Counted from the first letter of the stretch, positions 10,387 to 21,057 are shown. The stretch: DNA of 34,853 nucleotides from Chloroflexi bacterium RBG_13_53_26 (GCA_001795035.1 MGMW01000075.1:1-34853), one strand, 5' to 3'. Program-made: numbers and translations. The notes: generated from the sequence alone by a model not told the origin.

Positions 10387-10938
10387 ATGTCGAGAGTTGG
10401 TAGACTTCCAATACCACTGCCCGCTGGGGTAGTAGTAGAAACTAATGAGAATGAGGTGGTGGTGAAGGGGCCAAAGGGCGAATTGCGTCGAGCCTTGGAT
10501 CCAGCAATGTCGACTAGTGTGAAGGATGGTAAATTGCTGATTTCCCCGCTGAGTGGCGATGATCATGGCGCTCTTCATGGGCTGACTCGTGCACTGCTGG
10601 CTAACATGGTTGAGGGAGTGAGCAATGGCTTTGAGAGGCTTCTGGAGGTTGTTGGTGTTGGTTATCGTGCTCAGAAGGTTGGCGAAAAGTTGGTTCTCCA
10701 GGTGGGATTTACTCATCCTGTGGAGATGTCGCCTCCCTCAGGTATATCGTTTGCGGTAGAAGGGACAAATCGGATCAAGGTTGCGGGCATAGACAAGGAA
10801 TTGGTGGGTGAGGTGGCTGCAAAGATTCGGGCTATTCGTCGTTGTGACTCCTATAAGGGCAAGGGAGTTAAATATGTAGGAGAGACCGTGCGACTTAAGC
10901 CTGGGAAAGCTGGTAGAGCAGCGGCTAAGAAGAAGTAG
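10387..10938 (+). CDS. rplF: 50S ribosomal protein L6
   Basis: MSRVGRLPIPLPAGV N-terminus at ATG 10387, with a KGKGVKY motif near the C-terminus. Confidence 0.95.
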   Translation: MSRVGRLPIPLPAGVVVETNENEVVVKGPKGELRRALDPAMSTSVKDGKLLISPLSGDDHGALHGLTRALLANMVEGVSNGFERLLEVVGVGYRAQKVGEKLVLQVGFTHPVEMSPPSGISFAVEGTNRIKVAGIDKELVGEVAAKIRAIRRCDSYKGKGVKYVGETVRLKPGKAGRAAAKKK

Positions 10939-11271
10939 ATGGCAATGAAGAAGAAGAGAGATTCAGGCAAGAAGGTTAGGCATCAAGCAAGGCCTCGTTT
11001 GTGTGTTTTTCGGAGCTTGAAACACATCAGGGCCCAGGTTATAGATGACAAGCGGTCGCATACTATAGCCAGTGCCTCAAGTTGTGAGCCCGAGATGAGG
11101 GCTGAGAAACGAAAGAAAACGGAGGTTGCAGCTTCGGTGGGTGTGCTAGTGGGCAAGCGAGCCATGGAGAGAGGAGTCACAGAGGTTGTGTTTGATCGCT
11201 GTGGACGCAAATACCATGGCCGTGTAAAGGCCCTGGCGGAAGCAGCCAGATCATCAGGACTGAAATTTTAG
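10939..11271 (+). CDS. rplR: 50S ribosomal protein L18
   Basis: 110 aa with [20 protein letters not shown] and [25 protein letters not shown], typical of L18. Confidence 0.94.
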   Translation: MAMKKKRDSGKKVRHQARPRLCVFRSLKHIRAQVIDDKRSHTIASASSCEPEMRAEKRKKTEVAASVGVLVGKRAMERGVTEVVFDRCGRKYHGRVKALAEAARSSGLKF

Positions 11272-11284
11272 GTTTGGGAAGGCG

Positions 11285-11788
11285 ATGATACGGGAAGAAG
11301 TAGTAGAAGCTAAAGAAGAGTTGTCTGAAAAGGTGGTTTCTGTAACTCGCGTTGCCAAAGTGGTCAAGGGAGGCAAGCATCTTAGGTTTAGAGCTTTGGT
11401 GGCAATAGGAGATGGCAGGGGGCAGGTGGGGATAGGAATTGGCAAGGCAAACGAAGTTGCGCAGGCGATTCAGAAGGCTGGTACTGTGGCGAGAAAGGGA
11501 ATGATTACGGTTGCTTTAGCTGGAACGACTATTCCGCATGAGATAAGGGCAAAGTACGGGGCAGCTGATGTGCTGCTCAAACCGGCGAGCCCTGGTAGTG
11601 GTGTTATTGCAGGTGGCAGTATGCGTGCTGTGGTCGAAGCCGCGGGGATCAAGGACGTGTTGGCGAAGTCTTTGGGTACTTCCAACCCGACTAATGTGGT
11701 GAAGGCAACTATGGTTGCTCTAAGCCGATTGAGAGAGCCGGAGAAAGTCTTGGCCGAAAGAAAAGCTGCATCGACTGCAAGAGGATGA
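11285..11788 (+). CDS. rpsE: 30S ribosomal protein S5
   Basis: 167 aa with [25 protein letters not shown] and GSGVIAGG motifs. Confidence 0.96.
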   Translation: MIREEVVEAKEELSEKVVSVTRVAKVVKGGKHLRFRALVAIGDGRGQVGIGIGKANEVAQAIQKAGTVARKGMITVALAGTTIPHEIRAKYGAADVLLKPASPGSGVIAGGSMRAVVEAAGIKDVLAKSLGTSNPTNVVKATMVALSRLREPEKVLAERKAASTARG

Positions 11789-11794
11789 CCGAGG

Positions 11795-11980
11795 ATGTCC
11801 AAACTACATATTACAATGGTAAAGAGCTGTATTGGTTATGCCAAGGATCAAAGGCAGACGCTCAATGCGTTGGGTCTAAGGCGTTTACATCAGAGTGTAG
11901 AACGTGAAGACTCGCCCTCGGTTCGTGGCATGCTTTTTAAGGTGAAACATCTAGTCAAGGTTGAGGAGATAGAAGCGTAG
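11795..11980 (+). CDS. rpmD: 50S ribosomal protein L30
   Basis: 61 aa with [25 protein letters not shown], typical of L30. Position is conserved. Confidence 0.93.
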   Translation: MSKLHITMVKSCIGYAKDQRQTLNALGLRRLHQSVEREDSPSVRGMLFKVKHLVKVEEIEA

Positions 11981-12447
11981 TGGTCAGACAGGATGATCTC
12001 GCGCCTACCTATGGTGCAAGGAAAAAGAAAAAGCGCATTGGTCGTGGCCTAGGAAGTGGACATGGTAGATACTCTGGCAAAGGTTTGAAGGGCCAGAAAG
12101 CACGTAGCGGCGCTGGGATTCACCCTTATTTCGAGGGTGGGCAATTGCCTTTGGTGAAACGTCTGCCAGCAAAACAGGGGTTCACCAATATCTTCAAGAA
12201 AGAGTACTGCGTTGTAAATGTGGGCAGACTCAATGTTTTTGAAGCCAACAGCGTGGTGGATGGGCAGAGGCTGTGGGGGGCAAGGCTGATCAGTTCATCT
12301 AAAAAACCTCTTAAGATCCTAGGTGGGGGTGCCTTAGACCATGCCCTGATAGTGAGGGCTCAAAAGGTCTCGGCTGCTGCCAGAGGCAAGATTGAGGCAG
12401 CAGGTGGGAGAGTGGAGGAGGCAGGAAGTGCAGCAAAGGCAAGCTAG
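11980..12447 (+). CDS. rplO: 50S ribosomal protein L15
   Basis: GTG start overlaps the rpmD stop by 1 nt. The [28 protein letters not shown] motif is present. Confidence 0.95.
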   Translation: MVRQDDLAPTYGARKKKKRIGRGLGSGHGRYSGKGLKGQKARSGAGIHPYFEGGQLPLVKRLPAKQGFTNIFKKEYCVVNVGRLNVFEANSVVDGQRLWGARLISSSKKPLKILGGGALDHALIVRAQKVSAAARGKIEAAGGRVEEAGSAAKAS

Positions 12448-12466
12448 ACCGCGTCTCATCCAGGCG

Positions 12467-13726
12467 ATGATTGACGCTTTTAGCCTGCCTGATCTGAGGC
12501 GCAGGCTCCTCTTTACTCTCGGCGTGCTGATCGTTTTCCGCTTCATGGCTCACATTCCTGTTCCTGGTGTCGACCTTGAGGCTCTGCAGGAGGTCTTCGC
12601 GGGGAATCAACTACTGGGAATGCTTGACATATTCAGCGGTGGGGGGATGAAGAACTTCAGCATCGTTGCGATGGGGGTGTACCCTTATATTACAGCATCG
12701 ATTGTAATGCAGCTTCTTGTGCCGGTTATCCCACAACTGCAGAATCTTTCGAAAGAGGGAGAAGCGGGCAGAAACAAGATCAACATGTACACGCATTGGT
12801 TGACAGTGCCTCTGGCTGGGCTGCAGGGTTATGCACTCTACGTGACTTTGGGTCGGGAAGGGGGACTTGTTTCGCAAGATGCCATGGGCATAGCGGCCAT
12901 AATTCTTTCCATGACTGCGGGTACTCTGTTTCTGGTCTGGCTAGGTGAGTTGATCACCGAGCGTGGCATTGGGAATGGTGTTTCTATAATAATTTTCGCT
13001 GGCATTGTGGCTGGTTTGCCAAACATGGTAGCTCGCGGGGAACTGGTGGCAAGAGACAACATAGCGGGATTGATCGGCTTTATTATCTTGGGACTGGCTA
13101 CCGTGCTGTTTATTGTCATATTCACTGAAGGAGCCCGTCGGATTCCGGTGCACTACTCCAGAAGCGTGTTTCGGGGAAGGAGGATGTATCGGCAGTCTGG
13201 CTCAACTCATATCCCCTTAAGGGTGAATTCGGCGGGTATGATACCGCTCATTTTTGCTTTCTCCATGGTTACACTACCTGGCGTCATAGCAAGCTACTTC
13301 ACAGGCAGTTCTGGGATTGGTGGTGATATAGCCAATTTCCTATATGACTGGACCAGCCACTGGAGTTACTGGCTTGTATTGGGATTGCTGGTAATGGCTT
13401 TTGCCTTTTTCTACACGATGGTGATATTTGAGCAGATGAATCTGGCTGATACGCTGCAGAAGCAAGGTGGTTTTGTGCCTGGAATTCGACCTGGTCAAGC
13501 TACTGCCACCTACCTCAGCCAAGTGACGACCCGTATTACTTGGGGTGGTGCCATCTTCCTGGCTCTAGTAGCTGTAATGCCGTTTATTGTTCAGAATGTG
13601 ACAGGTGTCGTAGTCGTGGCAATCTCCAGCACCAGCTTGCTGATTATGGTTGGTGTGGCTTTGGACACGATGAAGCAATTGGAGGCGCAACTACTAATGC
13701 GCCGCTATGAAGGCTTTCTCAAGTGA
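12467..13726 (+). CDS. secY: Preprotein translocase subunit SecY
   Basis: N-terminus [26 protein letters not shown] at ATG 12467. Multi-pass membrane protein of 419 aa. The track start at 12392 overlaps rplO. Confidence 0.95.
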   Translation: MIDAFSLPDLRRRLLFTLGVLIVFRFMAHIPVPGVDLEALQEVFAGNQLLGMLDIFSGGGMKNFSIVAMGVYPYITASIVMQLLVPVIPQLQNLSKEGEAGRNKINMYTHWLTVPLAGLQGYALYVTLGREGGLVSQDAMGIAAIILSMTAGTLFLVWLGELITERGIGNGVSIIIFAGIVAGLPNMVARGELVARDNIAGLIGFIILGLATVLFIVIFTEGARRIPVHYSRSVFRGRRMYRQSGSTHIPLRVNSAGMIPLIFAFSMVTLPGVIASYFTGSSGIGGDIANFLYDWTSHWSYWLVLGLLVMAFAFFYTMVIFEQMNLADTLQKQGGFVPGIRPGQATATYLSQVTTRITWGGAIFLALVAVMPFIVQNVTGVVVVAISSTSLLIMVGVALDTMKQLEAQLLMRRYEGFLK

Positions 13727-13740
13727 TGAGGAGATAGCAT

Positions 13741-14373
13741 TTGAGAATCATTTTGCTGGGTGCTCCGGGATCAGGCAAGGGAACGCAAGCAGAGCGACTT
13801 GCCGAAATTACGGGCATGACACACATATCTTCTGGAGATATCTTTCGTCAGGCTGAAAAGGAAGGTAGTGAGCTTGGGAAACTTGCCAAATCCTATATGG
13901 AGAAGGGGTTGCTTGTTCCGGACGAGGTAGTGACGAAGATGGTCCTGGATCGCATCGCCGGAAACGAAAGAGGCTTCATCCTGGATGGTTTTCCTAGAAC
14001 GATTGAGCAGGCGGAATCGCTGGACAAGGCATTGAGAGAGGATGATATAGACAAGGCCGTCTATATTAAGGTTTCGCAAGACGAACTTCTCAGGCGGCTG
14101 AGTGGACGATGGATTTGTCGCCAGTGTGAGAAGCCGTATCACTTGACAACGTCGCCCCCGAAGGTGGCAGGCAGGTGTGATGTTTGTGGTGGCCAGCTTT
14201 ACCAGCGTCCTGATGACACTACGGAGACGGCTGAGAAGAGGTTGAAGGTCTATTTCGAACAGACGGCTCCTCTTGTGGACTATTACCGCAAGAAGGGAAG
14301 ATTGCTTGAAATGGATGGGGAAAGGCAAATTGAAGAGGTGAGCAAGGATTTGCTGTCCAAGCTCCGTTGGTGA
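13741..14373 (+). CDS. adk: Adenylate kinase with a Cys4 zinc lid
   Basis: TTG start after GAGGAG. P-loop LLGAPGSGKGTQ is present. The lid is CRQC...x16...CDVC. Confidence 0.95.
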   Translation: MRIILLGAPGSGKGTQAERLAEITGMTHISSGDIFRQAEKEGSELGKLAKSYMEKGLLVPDEVVTKMVLDRIAGNERGFILDGFPRTIEQAESLDKALREDDIDKAVYIKVSQDELLRRLSGRWICRQCEKPYHLTTSPPKVAGRCDVCGGQLYQRPDDTTETAEKRLKVYFEQTAPLVDYYRKKGRLLEMDGERQIEEVSKDLLSKLRW

Positions 14374-14377
14374 GGGG

Positions 14378-15127
14378 ATGGGCATAATCATTAAGTCTAG
14401 TGAAGAGATCGCTGCTATGCGGAAAGCAGGTGGGATTGTAGCTCGAATATTGCAGAGACTAGTCAGCCAGATTAGGCCGGGCATGAGGACCCGCGAGTTG
14501 GACAATATGTGTCTCGAGGAGCTGTCGAAGTACGGGGCGCAGTCTTCGTTCAAGGGCTATCGTGGGTTCCCTGCGCATATCTGTACCTCAGTTAACGATG
14601 AGGTGGTTCATGGCATCCCTGGTGAGAGGACACTCTGTGAAGGGGACGTAGTTTCCATTGACGTAGGGGTGATATATGATGGCTTTCAGGGAGATGCGGC
14701 CATAACGGTGGGGGTAGGAGAGATCAGCCCAGAAGCTAGAAGGCTATTGAAAGTCACCGAGGATGCTTTGCTGGCTGGTATTGCTGCAGCCAAGGATAAT
14801 GCCCGCCTGGGGGATGTATCGGCGGCTATCCAACGTTGTGTTGAGGCGGGGGGGTTTTCTGTGGTGAGGGAGTATACGGGGCACGGTATTGGTCGAGATA
14901 TGCATGAAGAACCCCAGATACCCAATTTTGGCACGTCTGGACGGGGCCCTTTGCTTCGAAAGGGGATGACACTTGCTATTGAACCGATGGTGAACAGTGG
15001 TGGGTGGAGTACCCGACTGAGTGATGATCAGTGGACAGTAACCACTGCTGATGGTAGCCTTTCGGCACATTTTGAGCATACTGTCGCTGTTACTGACGGT
15101 GGGCCGGAAATTCTTACGATGATGTAG
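14378..15127 (+). CDS. map: Methionine aminopeptidase, type I
   Basis: 249 aa with metal-ligand context VVSIDVG..., GDAA, YTGHGIG, LAIEP and HFEHTV. Confidence 0.95.
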   Translation: MGIIIKSSEEIAAMRKAGGIVARILQRLVSQIRPGMRTRELDNMCLEELSKYGAQSSFKGYRGFPAHICTSVNDEVVHGIPGERTLCEGDVVSIDVGVIYDGFQGDAAITVGVGEISPEARRLLKVTEDALLAGIAAAKDNARLGDVSAAIQRCVEAGGFSVVREYTGHGIGRDMHEEPQIPNFGTSGRGPLLRKGMTLAIEPMVNSGGWSTRLSDDQWTVTTADGSLSAHFEHTVAVTDGGPEILTMM

Positions 15128-15147
15128 GAATTGCAGATGTAGTGAGC

Positions 15148-15366
15148 ATGGCTAAGAAGGAAAGGATAGAAGTTGAAGGGACAGTTGTGGAGTGTTTGCC
15201 CAATGCCATGTTTCGAGTTGAGTTGGCCAATGGACACAAAGTGCTTGCTCACATTTCGGGTAGGATGCGAAAACACTTTATCAAGATCCTCCCAGGTGAT
15301 ATTGTGCGGGTGGAGCTTTCACCATATGATCTGAGCCGTGGCAGGGTTGTTTATCGTTTCAAGTAG
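15148..15366 (+). CDS. infA: Translation initiation factor IF-1
   Basis: [13 protein letters not shown]...[29 protein letters not shown], typical of IF-1. ATG 15148 is preferred over GTG 15142. Confidence 0.95.
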   Translation: MAKKERIEVEGTVVECLPNAMFRVELANGHKVLAHISGRMRKHFIKILPGDIVRVELSPYDLSRGRVVYRFK

Positions 15367-15383
15367 GTTTTGGAGACACGTAG

Positions 15384-15497
15384 ATGAAAGTACGAGCTTC
15401 AGTTAAGCGTCGCTGCAATAAGTGTAGAGTTGTGAAACGCAAGGGTGCTGTGAGAATCATTTGTTCGAACCCCAGGCATAAGCAGAGGCAAGGATAG
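15384..15497 (+). CDS. rpmJ: 50S ribosomal protein L36 (C3H zinc form); missing from the ORF track
   Basis: My manual translation is [37 protein letters not shown] (37 aa, TAG at 15495). It has Cys11, Cys14, Cys27 and His32. Its position between infA and rpsM is canonical. Confidence 0.93.
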   Translation: MKVRASVKRRCNKCRVVKRKGAVRIICSNPRHKQRQG

Positions 15498-15512
15498 AGG
15501 GGAGGTTTTCGA

Positions 15513-15902
15513 GTGGCACGTATAGCTGGCGTCGACATTCCCAATGAAAAACGGATAGAGGTTGGACTAACGTATATCTATGGAATTGGACCTGCTATCA
15601 GCAAGAAGATCCTAGCTCAAGGTGGAATTGATCCCGATAAGAAGGCAAAGGACTTGATGGAAGAAGAGGTTACTCGTATTCGTGACTTGATTGATAAGGA
15701 GTATAGGGTAGAGGGTGACCTGAGGAAGGAAATAGATCTTAACATTGGCCGGCTCAGGGAGATCGGCTGCTACCGAGGGCTTAGGCATCGTCGCCGGTTG
15801 CCTGTTCGTGGGCAACGTACCCGAACTAATGCCAGAACCAAGCGTGGACCTCGCCAGACTGTGGCAGGTAGGGGCAGACGTCGTGGCGTGGCCAAGAAGT
15901 AA
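15513..15902 (+). CDS. rpsM: 30S ribosomal protein S13
   Basis: GTG start giving [10 protein letters not shown], with the [23 protein letters not shown] motif. Confidence 0.96.
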   Translation: MARIAGVDIPNEKRIEVGLTYIYGIGPAISKKILAQGGIDPDKKAKDLMEEEVTRIRDLIDKEYRVEGDLRKEIDLNIGRLREIGCYRGLRHRRRLPVRGQRTRTNARTKRGPRQTVAGRGRRRGVAKK

Positions 15903-15944
15903 GGCTTCTACAGGATACAAGGACGGGTACTAAAGGAGAGGTGT

Positions 15945-16316
15945 ATGGCAAGAAAAAAGGAAAAGAAATCCGTTCCTCAAGGGAAGGCGTATATCTATTC
16001 GACATTTAACAATGTCATTGTGACCCTTACTGACATTGGTGGCAATGTGATTGCGTGGGGAAGTTCTGGCACTGCTGGCTTCAAGGGGTCGCGCAAGGGA
16101 ACTCCATTTGCTGCTCAGTTGGCGGGCGAACAGGCTGCCCGACGTGCTAAGGAATATGGGTTACGTCAGGTGGAGGTCTTTGTGAGAGGCCCGGGCAGCG
16201 GTCGTGAGGCTGCTATTCGTTCTCTGCAAGTAGCTGGTCTCAGTGTGACCAGCATCAGAGATGTGACTCCGGTCCCTCATAACGGCTGTCGTGCCAAGAA
16301 GAGAAGGAGGGTTTAG
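15945..16316 (+). CDS. rpsK: 30S ribosomal protein S11
   Basis: 123 aa with [27 protein letters not shown] and [16 protein letters not shown]. Confidence 0.96.
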   Translation: MARKKEKKSVPQGKAYIYSTFNNVIVTLTDIGGNVIAWGSSGTAGFKGSRKGTPFAAQLAGEQAARRAKEYGLRQVEVFVRGPGSGREAAIRSLQVAGLSVTSIRDVTPVPHNGCRAKKRRRV

Positions 16317-16321
16317 GCGTA

Positions 16322-16969
16322 ATGGCTCGATATACGGGACCGTATTGTCGACTATGTCGTCGTGTGGACGAGAAGCTGATGTTGAAAGGGGAGAGATGCG
16401 CGGGCCCTAAGTGTGCTTTGGAGAGGAGATCGATGGCCGCTGGGCAACGACGGGCTGGTCAACGAGGCACGGGTCGTCGTCCTCGCAAAATGTCTGACTA
16501 TGGAGTTCGACTCCGGGAGAAACAGAAGGCTAGGTATTCCTATGGGGTTCTGGAGCGGCAGTTCCGTCGGGTTTTTGCCGAAGCCCAAAAAACTCCGGGA
16601 AAGACTGGTGAGGCTTTGATACAATTGTTGGAGAGACGTCTGGATAATACCGTTTATCGAGCGGGCTTTGCCGAATCTCGAAACGAAGCGCGACAGTTGG
16701 TGCTTCATGGTCACGTGACCGTTAATCAACGCAGGGTCAATATCCCGTCGTTCTTGGTCAAGCCGGGTGATATTGTTGCTTGGAGTGAGAGAAGCATCAA
16801 CCAGGAACCCTACAAGAGTGCTTTGGAGGGGATCGATTCTAAAGTCATCCCGAGTTGGTTGAGCATAGACAAGAGTAACCTCTCTGGGAGGGTCTTGAGT
16901 CTTCCATTGATTGATGAAGTCGGTGCGAAATTCGATGGCAAGATGATAGTTGAACACTATTCTCGGTGA
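16322..16969 (+). CDS. rpsD: 30S ribosomal protein S4 (Cys4 zinc-finger N-terminus)
   Basis: MARYTGPYCRLCRR...CAGPKC places Cys at 9, 12, 26 and 31. An S4 RNA-binding domain follows (LERRLDNTVYRAGFA). Confidence 0.95.
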   Translation: MARYTGPYCRLCRRVDEKLMLKGERCAGPKCALERRSMAAGQRRAGQRGTGRRPRKMSDYGVRLREKQKARYSYGVLERQFRRVFAEAQKTPGKTGEALIQLLERRLDNTVYRAGFAESRNEARQLVLHGHVTVNQRRVNIPSFLVKPGDIVAWSERSINQEPYKSALEGIDSKVIPSWLSIDKSNLSGRVLSLPLIDEVGAKFDGKMIVEHYSR

Positions 16970-16990
16970 TTGTGGAAGGAGGCTGTAGCT

Positions 16991-17935
16991 TTGTCTCACC
17001 TTGTTACACCAAGAGTTGAGTGCGTGGAAAGTACGGGCGACTATGGACGTTTTGTCGCCGAGCCGCTGGAAAGGGGCTTTGGGATTACCTTGGGTAATGC
17101 TTTGCGGAGGGTTCTTCTTAGCTCTCTTCTGGGGGCAGCAGTAGCCTGGGTGAGAATTGACGGCATCGATCACGAGTTTTCTACTATTCCCGACGTGAAA
17201 GAGGATGTTACGGAGTTTCTGCTGAATATCAAGGCTATACGTCTCCGTTCCACTAGCAAGAATGAGGGCAAACTCCGTCTTGAGGTGGAGGGCGAAAGAG
17301 TTGTTCATGCTGGCGATATTCAGCCATCAGCTGATTTCGAGGTTGTGAATCCGGAGCTTCACTTGGCGACTCTGGATTCGCCTGAGGCTAAGCTATACGT
17401 GGAGCTCAATGTAAAACTGGGGAAGGGGTATATTCCAGCCAGCACTCATGGTGATGGTTTGCCTATAGGTACAATCCCTGTGGATTCCATATTCACCCCG
17501 GTTCGGAAGGTCAATTATGTCGTGGAACCGGTTCATACCGGAGAGTACAGTGGTTATGAGAAGCTGGTCCTTGATATTTGGACCGATGGCACTGTGCCGG
17601 TGTTGGAGGCGCTCAGTCAGAGTGCCCAGATATTGAGGGAGCAGCTATCCTTTTTCACTTCCCTTGTCCTAGCTCCCATGGTTGAGACTGAGCAGGCAAT
17701 TGGTGGTGTTTCGATTGAACAGTATGAGATGCCTTTGGAACAACTTGGACTCTCGCCTCGCGTATTCAATTGCCTGAGAAGAAATAAGATCAGTAAGGTA
17801 GGCGAATTGCTTGAGAAGAGTGAGAAAGACCTTCTGTCATTGAAGAAGTTTGGACGGAAGTCTGTAGAGGAATTGCAGGAACAGTTGGAAGAAATGGGCT
17901 TGAGTTTAAGATCGGAAAAGGACGATGAGGCATAG
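16991..17935 (+). CDS. rpoA: DNA-directed RNA polymerase alpha subunit
   Basis: [22 protein letters not shown] motif, plus a C-terminal domain with [17 protein letters not shown] 16991 sits 8 nt after GGAAGGAGG. The track start at TTG 16970 is possible but lies before that SD. Confidence 0.93.
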   Translation: MSHLVTPRVECVESTGDYGRFVAEPLERGFGITLGNALRRVLLSSLLGAAVAWVRIDGIDHEFSTIPDVKEDVTEFLLNIKAIRLRSTSKNEGKLRLEVEGERVVHAGDIQPSADFEVVNPELHLATLDSPEAKLYVELNVKLGKGYIPASTHGDGLPIGTIPVDSIFTPVRKVNYVVEPVHTGEYSGYEKLVLDIWTDGTVPVLEALSQSAQILREQLSFFTSLVLAPMVETEQAIGGVSIEQYEMPLEQLGLSPRVFNCLRRNKISKVGELLEKSEKDLLSLKKFGRKSVEELQEQLEEMGLSLRSEKDDEA

Positions 17936-18278
17936 AGTAGCCGGAAGAAGGTTCTCCAGGAGTAGTGGTCACAGAATGGCGCTATATCGCAATTTGATTG
18001 GCGAAGTGTTGCAGCATGAGAGGATTGTTACTACAGAGGCAAAGGCGAAGGAAGTGAGGGGTATGGTGGATAGGGTGATCACTCTTGGGAAAGTGGGTAG
18101 CCTCCACGCTCGCAGACAGGCGTTGACTGTGGTAAGCGACAAGAGACTGATCGACAAGGCTTTCGACGAACTTGCCCCAAGATATGCAAGTCGCAGTGGC
18201 GGATACACGCGTGTCCTTAAGTTGGGAGCCCGGCCGGGTGATGGTGCCCCAATGGCAATAATTGAGTTGGTGAAATAG
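17925..18278 (+). CDS. rplQ: 50S ribosomal protein L17
   Basis: [25 protein letters not shown]-terminus, 117 aa. It overlaps the rpoA end by 11 nt. Confidence 0.96.
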   Translation: MRHRVAGRRFSRSSGHRMALYRNLIGEVLQHERIVTTEAKAKEVRGMVDRVITLGKVGSLHARRQALTVVSDKRLIDKAFDELAPRYASRSGGYTRVLKLGARPGDGAPMAIIELVK

Positions 18279-18329
18279 GGTTGGATTGAGGAGTAATACA
18301 TCCGGAATTCAGAGGCACTCAGAAGAATT

Positions 18330-19088
18330 GTGTTGATTATGGAATATGATGGCACCAGATATCACGGTTCCCAATATCAGGATAATGCTACGACCATTCA
18401 GGGGGAAACGGAGCATGCCTTGTATAGACTCACAGGCGAGGAAACCCGTGTTTCTATGGCAAGTCGGACCGATGCCGGAGTTCATGCCAGAGGTCAGGTC
18501 GTTGGTTTCAGGACGAGGATGGCTCTGTCTGTCAGGACTTGGGTTAGGGCCTTGAATTTCTATCTACCGAAGGATATATCGGCTAGTGTTGCCTATGAGG
18601 CGGCTATTGATTTCGATGTCCGGCGTGATGCGATACGTCGCGAGTATCGGTATTGTATCTTGAACAGATTGACGGCGTCTGCCCTTTGGAGGAATTTTTG
18701 TGAATTTGTTAGCTGGCCTTTGGACATCGATGCTATGAACGAAGCCTGCAAGGTTCTTGTCGGGGAGCATGATTTTGCTCCTTTCTCGTTTGTGGTAGAT
18801 GGCCGACCGACGCTTCGCCAAGTATTCGGTGCTGAAGTAACTAAGAAGAGAGACTTGGTGATGTTCGATATGTCAGCAGATTCTTTTCTGCCACATCAAA
18901 TACGCAATACCGTGGGAGGCCTGATCAAAGTTGGGTTAGGCAAGATGAAAAGCGGAAGCTTCTGTGAACTGGCCTCCTCAGGCCAAGCAGGGATCGTAGG
19001 CCCGGCTGCTCCCGCCCGAGGGCTATGTCTGATGGGGGTCAGGTATGTAGACTTTCCCCCTGCACAAGGGGAGATTGAGGAGAGATAA
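18330..19088 (+). CDS. truA: tRNA pseudouridine(38-40) synthase TruA
   Basis: EYDGTRYHGSQYQ motif, with the catalytic-Asp context SRTDAGVHARGQV. The start is uncertain: GTG 18330, and the reading frame is open from 18297. Confidence 0.9.
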   Translation: MLIMEYDGTRYHGSQYQDNATTIQGETEHALYRLTGEETRVSMASRTDAGVHARGQVVGFRTRMALSVRTWVRALNFYLPKDISASVAYEAAIDFDVRRDAIRREYRYCILNRLTASALWRNFCEFVSWPLDIDAMNEACKVLVGEHDFAPFSFVVDGRPTLRQVFGAEVTKKRDLVMFDMSADSFLPHQIRNTVGGLIKVGLGKMKSGSFCELASSGQAGIVGPAAPARGLCLMGVRYVDFPPAQGEIEER

Positions 19089-19513
19089 TGACCTATAGCA
19101 TGAAGGGTTCTGATATAGAGCATAGATGGCATGTCATGGATGCTTCAGGGAAAACTCTTGGCAGACTAGCTACCGAGGTGGCTAGATTGCTGCAGGGGAA
19201 AAATAAGCCCATGTATTCCAGACACCTCGATAACGGCGATTTTGTGATAGTCATAAATGCAGCCAAGGTCTGTGTGACGGGCAAGAAATCAGAACAGAAG
19301 ATTTATTATCGGCATACTCAGTATCCTGGAGGATTGAGGAGCACTACCTTCGCTAAGATGATAGAGACACATCCTGTTCGTGTAGTTGAGCATGCAGTAA
19401 AAGGAATGCTCCCTCATAACCGTCAAGGGCGTGCCATGGCAAGAAGACTTAAGGTCTATCCTGAAGGTGCTCACCCGCATCAGGCTCAGATCAAGGCCGA
19501 GAGGGAGGGGTAG
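19088..19513 (+). CDS. rplM: 50S ribosomal protein L13
   Basis: W.V.DA.GK.LGRLA...A..L.GK.KP and PGG motifs typical of L13, 141 aa. Confidence 0.95.
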   Translation: MTYSMKGSDIEHRWHVMDASGKTLGRLATEVARLLQGKNKPMYSRHLDNGDFVIVINAAKVCVTGKKSEQKIYYRHTQYPGGLRSTTFAKMIETHPVRVVEHAVKGMLPHNRQGRAMARRLKVYPEGAHPHQAQIKAEREG

Positions 19514-19514
19514 A

Positions 19515-19910
19515 ATGGCTGAACCAAGGTATTCCTACGGAACAGGCAAGAGGAAAACGGCTATTGCCCGAGTGAGACTGCTGGCAGGGAGTGGCAGTGT
19601 AGTTGTCAACGGCAGGTCCTTTCAGGAGTTCTTCCCGAGTCTTGCTCTACAAAACGTAGCACTTGAACCGTTGAAAGTCACTGGCACTTTAAGTAGATTG
19701 GATGCGACAGTTAAGGTACAGGGGGGGGGAGTGATGGGACAAGCCGGAGCTCTTCGTCTTGGCATTGCCCGGGCCTTGGTGGCATCTGATGAAGGGCTTA
19801 GGGCGGTTTTGCGCCAGCATGGATTGCTCACCAGGGATGCGAGAATAAAGGAGCGCAAGAAGTACGGACTGAAACGCGCTCGTAAGGCACCTCAGTATAC
19901 TAAGAGGTAG
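19515..19910 (+). CDS. rpsI: 30S ribosomal protein S9
   Basis: ATG 19515 gives MAEPRYSYGTGKRKTAIARV. The C-terminus is KKYGLKRARKAPQYTKR. The track start at 19431 overlaps rplM. Confidence 0.96.
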   Translation: MAEPRYSYGTGKRKTAIARVRLLAGSGSVVVNGRSFQEFFPSLALQNVALEPLKVTGTLSRLDATVKVQGGGVMGQAGALRLGIARALVASDEGLRAVLRQHGLLTRDARIKERKKYGLKRARKAPQYTKR

Positions 19911-19992
19911 TCATCTGATCCGGGGTTGGCTTGAACCTGTCAACATTGGAGATGGGCCCGGGAGGACTTTAGGGGTTGCAGGTCAGGACCAC

Positions 19993-21054
19993 CTAGAATT
20001 CGGCAAGGCGAGATTTCAAGTAGTCTATCGGAGCCACTTGTGTTGGGTCAACCCCGTTCAATATGGCCAGGTAGAAGCTAACGTAATCTCCAAGGAGAAC
20101 CAACCCTATCATTTGGGCTAGGGCACTTTTGCCTGTTGCTTCCACTGTCTGGTGTTTGACTGCTTCCTTGGCAAGGATTTCGGCGGTAAGTCGGTAGCGG
20201 ATTGAAACACGGGGGTGAAGCAATGAGGAGTGCAGCAGGACTACCATGGTTCCCCGTCGAATCTCAGCAGGAAGCTGATAGCCTACCACGGCGTTATGAT
20301 CAAGCTCTGGCAGAATCTCGTAGAAAGCCCAGACTTTGCTGTTTTCGTTAAGCTGAGCTTTCCAGCGCTGTGCAACTTCTGAGAGCAAACCTGCTCCGTA
20401 GACTACTGCTAGATGACTATGTAGCTCGGTTGCCAGTTGCTTGGCTGGGTTGGAAGCAAGCGGTACTGTTTCATTGATGTTGTTCGAGACCGTTTTCAGG
20501 ACCTGTAACACTTCCTTCATGTTGTCTGATTTGTCCCGAATCAGGCCAAGGATATTGAAAACACCAAGCAACGAGACAAAGCCGTAGGGGAAGGCAACTC
20601 GCGGTGGCGCTCTGTAGTCTATTGGGAGGATCGGAAATCCTTCCCTTTCGGCCAGTTCTCTTAGTATCCCGCCGGCGGTGAGAACCAGTTTCTTGGCCTC
20701 AGTTTTCAAAGATTCAGTGAAGGAAGAAATAGTCTCTTCAGTGTTGCCGGAGTAGCTTGAGAAAATCAGAAGAGTGTCCTTGTCAACGAAGGGGGGCAAT
20801 CCGTAGTCGCGATGTATCCAAACTGGTAGCCTATTTTCCAGAGTGGCGATGCGATGCATAAACTCGCCTCCAATGGCGGACCCTCCCATTCCTGATATGA
20901 TGATTTTCCCAACCTTGGCATAGTCTTGTGGCAGGGAAAGCTTCAAGGAACTGTTCCATGCTCTCTCGCACTGTTCTGGAAACTGGTGAAGGTGTTGAAG
21001 CATTCCTGAAGGGTCTAGTCGCTGGTAGACAGGAAGTTTATCCAGTTTGCTCAC
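19993..21054 (-). CDS. Bifunctional phosphoglucose/phosphomannose isomerase family protein (SIS domain)
   Basis: 353 aa with SIS-type motifs IISGMGGSAIGG and FSSYSGNTEET. The length and C-terminal half fit the PGI/PMI family. Confidence 0.8.
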   Translation of the reverse strand: MSKLDKLPVYQRLDPSGMLQHLHQFPEQCERAWNSSLKLSLPQDYAKVGKIIISGMGGSAIGGEFMHRIATLENRLPVWIHRDYGLPPFVDKDTLLIFSSYSGNTEETISSFTESLKTEAKKLVLTAGGILRELAEREGFPILPIDYRAPPRVAFPYGFVSLLGVFNILGLIRDKSDNMKEVLQVLKTVSNNINETVPLASNPAKQLATELHSHLAVVYGAGLLSEVAQRWKAQLNENSKVWAFYEILPELDHNAVVGYQLPAEIRRGTMVVLLHSSLLHPRVSIRYRLTAEILAKEAVKHQTVEATGKSALAQMIGLVLLGDYVSFYLAILNGVDPTQVAPIDYLKSRLAEF

Positions 21055-21057
21055 TAT

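Noticed and set aside
16352-17308. Long antisense ORFs opposite conserved genes. These are 318 aa here, plus 2499-3371 (290 aa), 13771-14553 (260 aa), 29929-30690 (253 aa), 32397-33011 (204 aa), 7791-8384 (197 aa) and 28527-29084 (185 aa).
   Set aside because: Each lies entirely antisense to a gene with unmistakable family motifs (rpsD/rpoA, fusA, adk/map, CoA-transferases, response regulator, rplP-rpsQ). Their translations are low-complexity (Ser/Leu/Arg/Pro-rich), with no recognisable motifs and no SD. They are typical shadow ORFs in roughly 50% GC DNA.
19911-19992. Intrinsic terminator in the convergent gap between rpsI and the PGI/PMI gene.
   Set aside because: A bulged 9-bp stem (ACCTGTCAAC 19935-19944 / GTTGCAGGT 19975-19983) encloses a 30-nt loop and has no T-run on either side. 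It is too weak to call.
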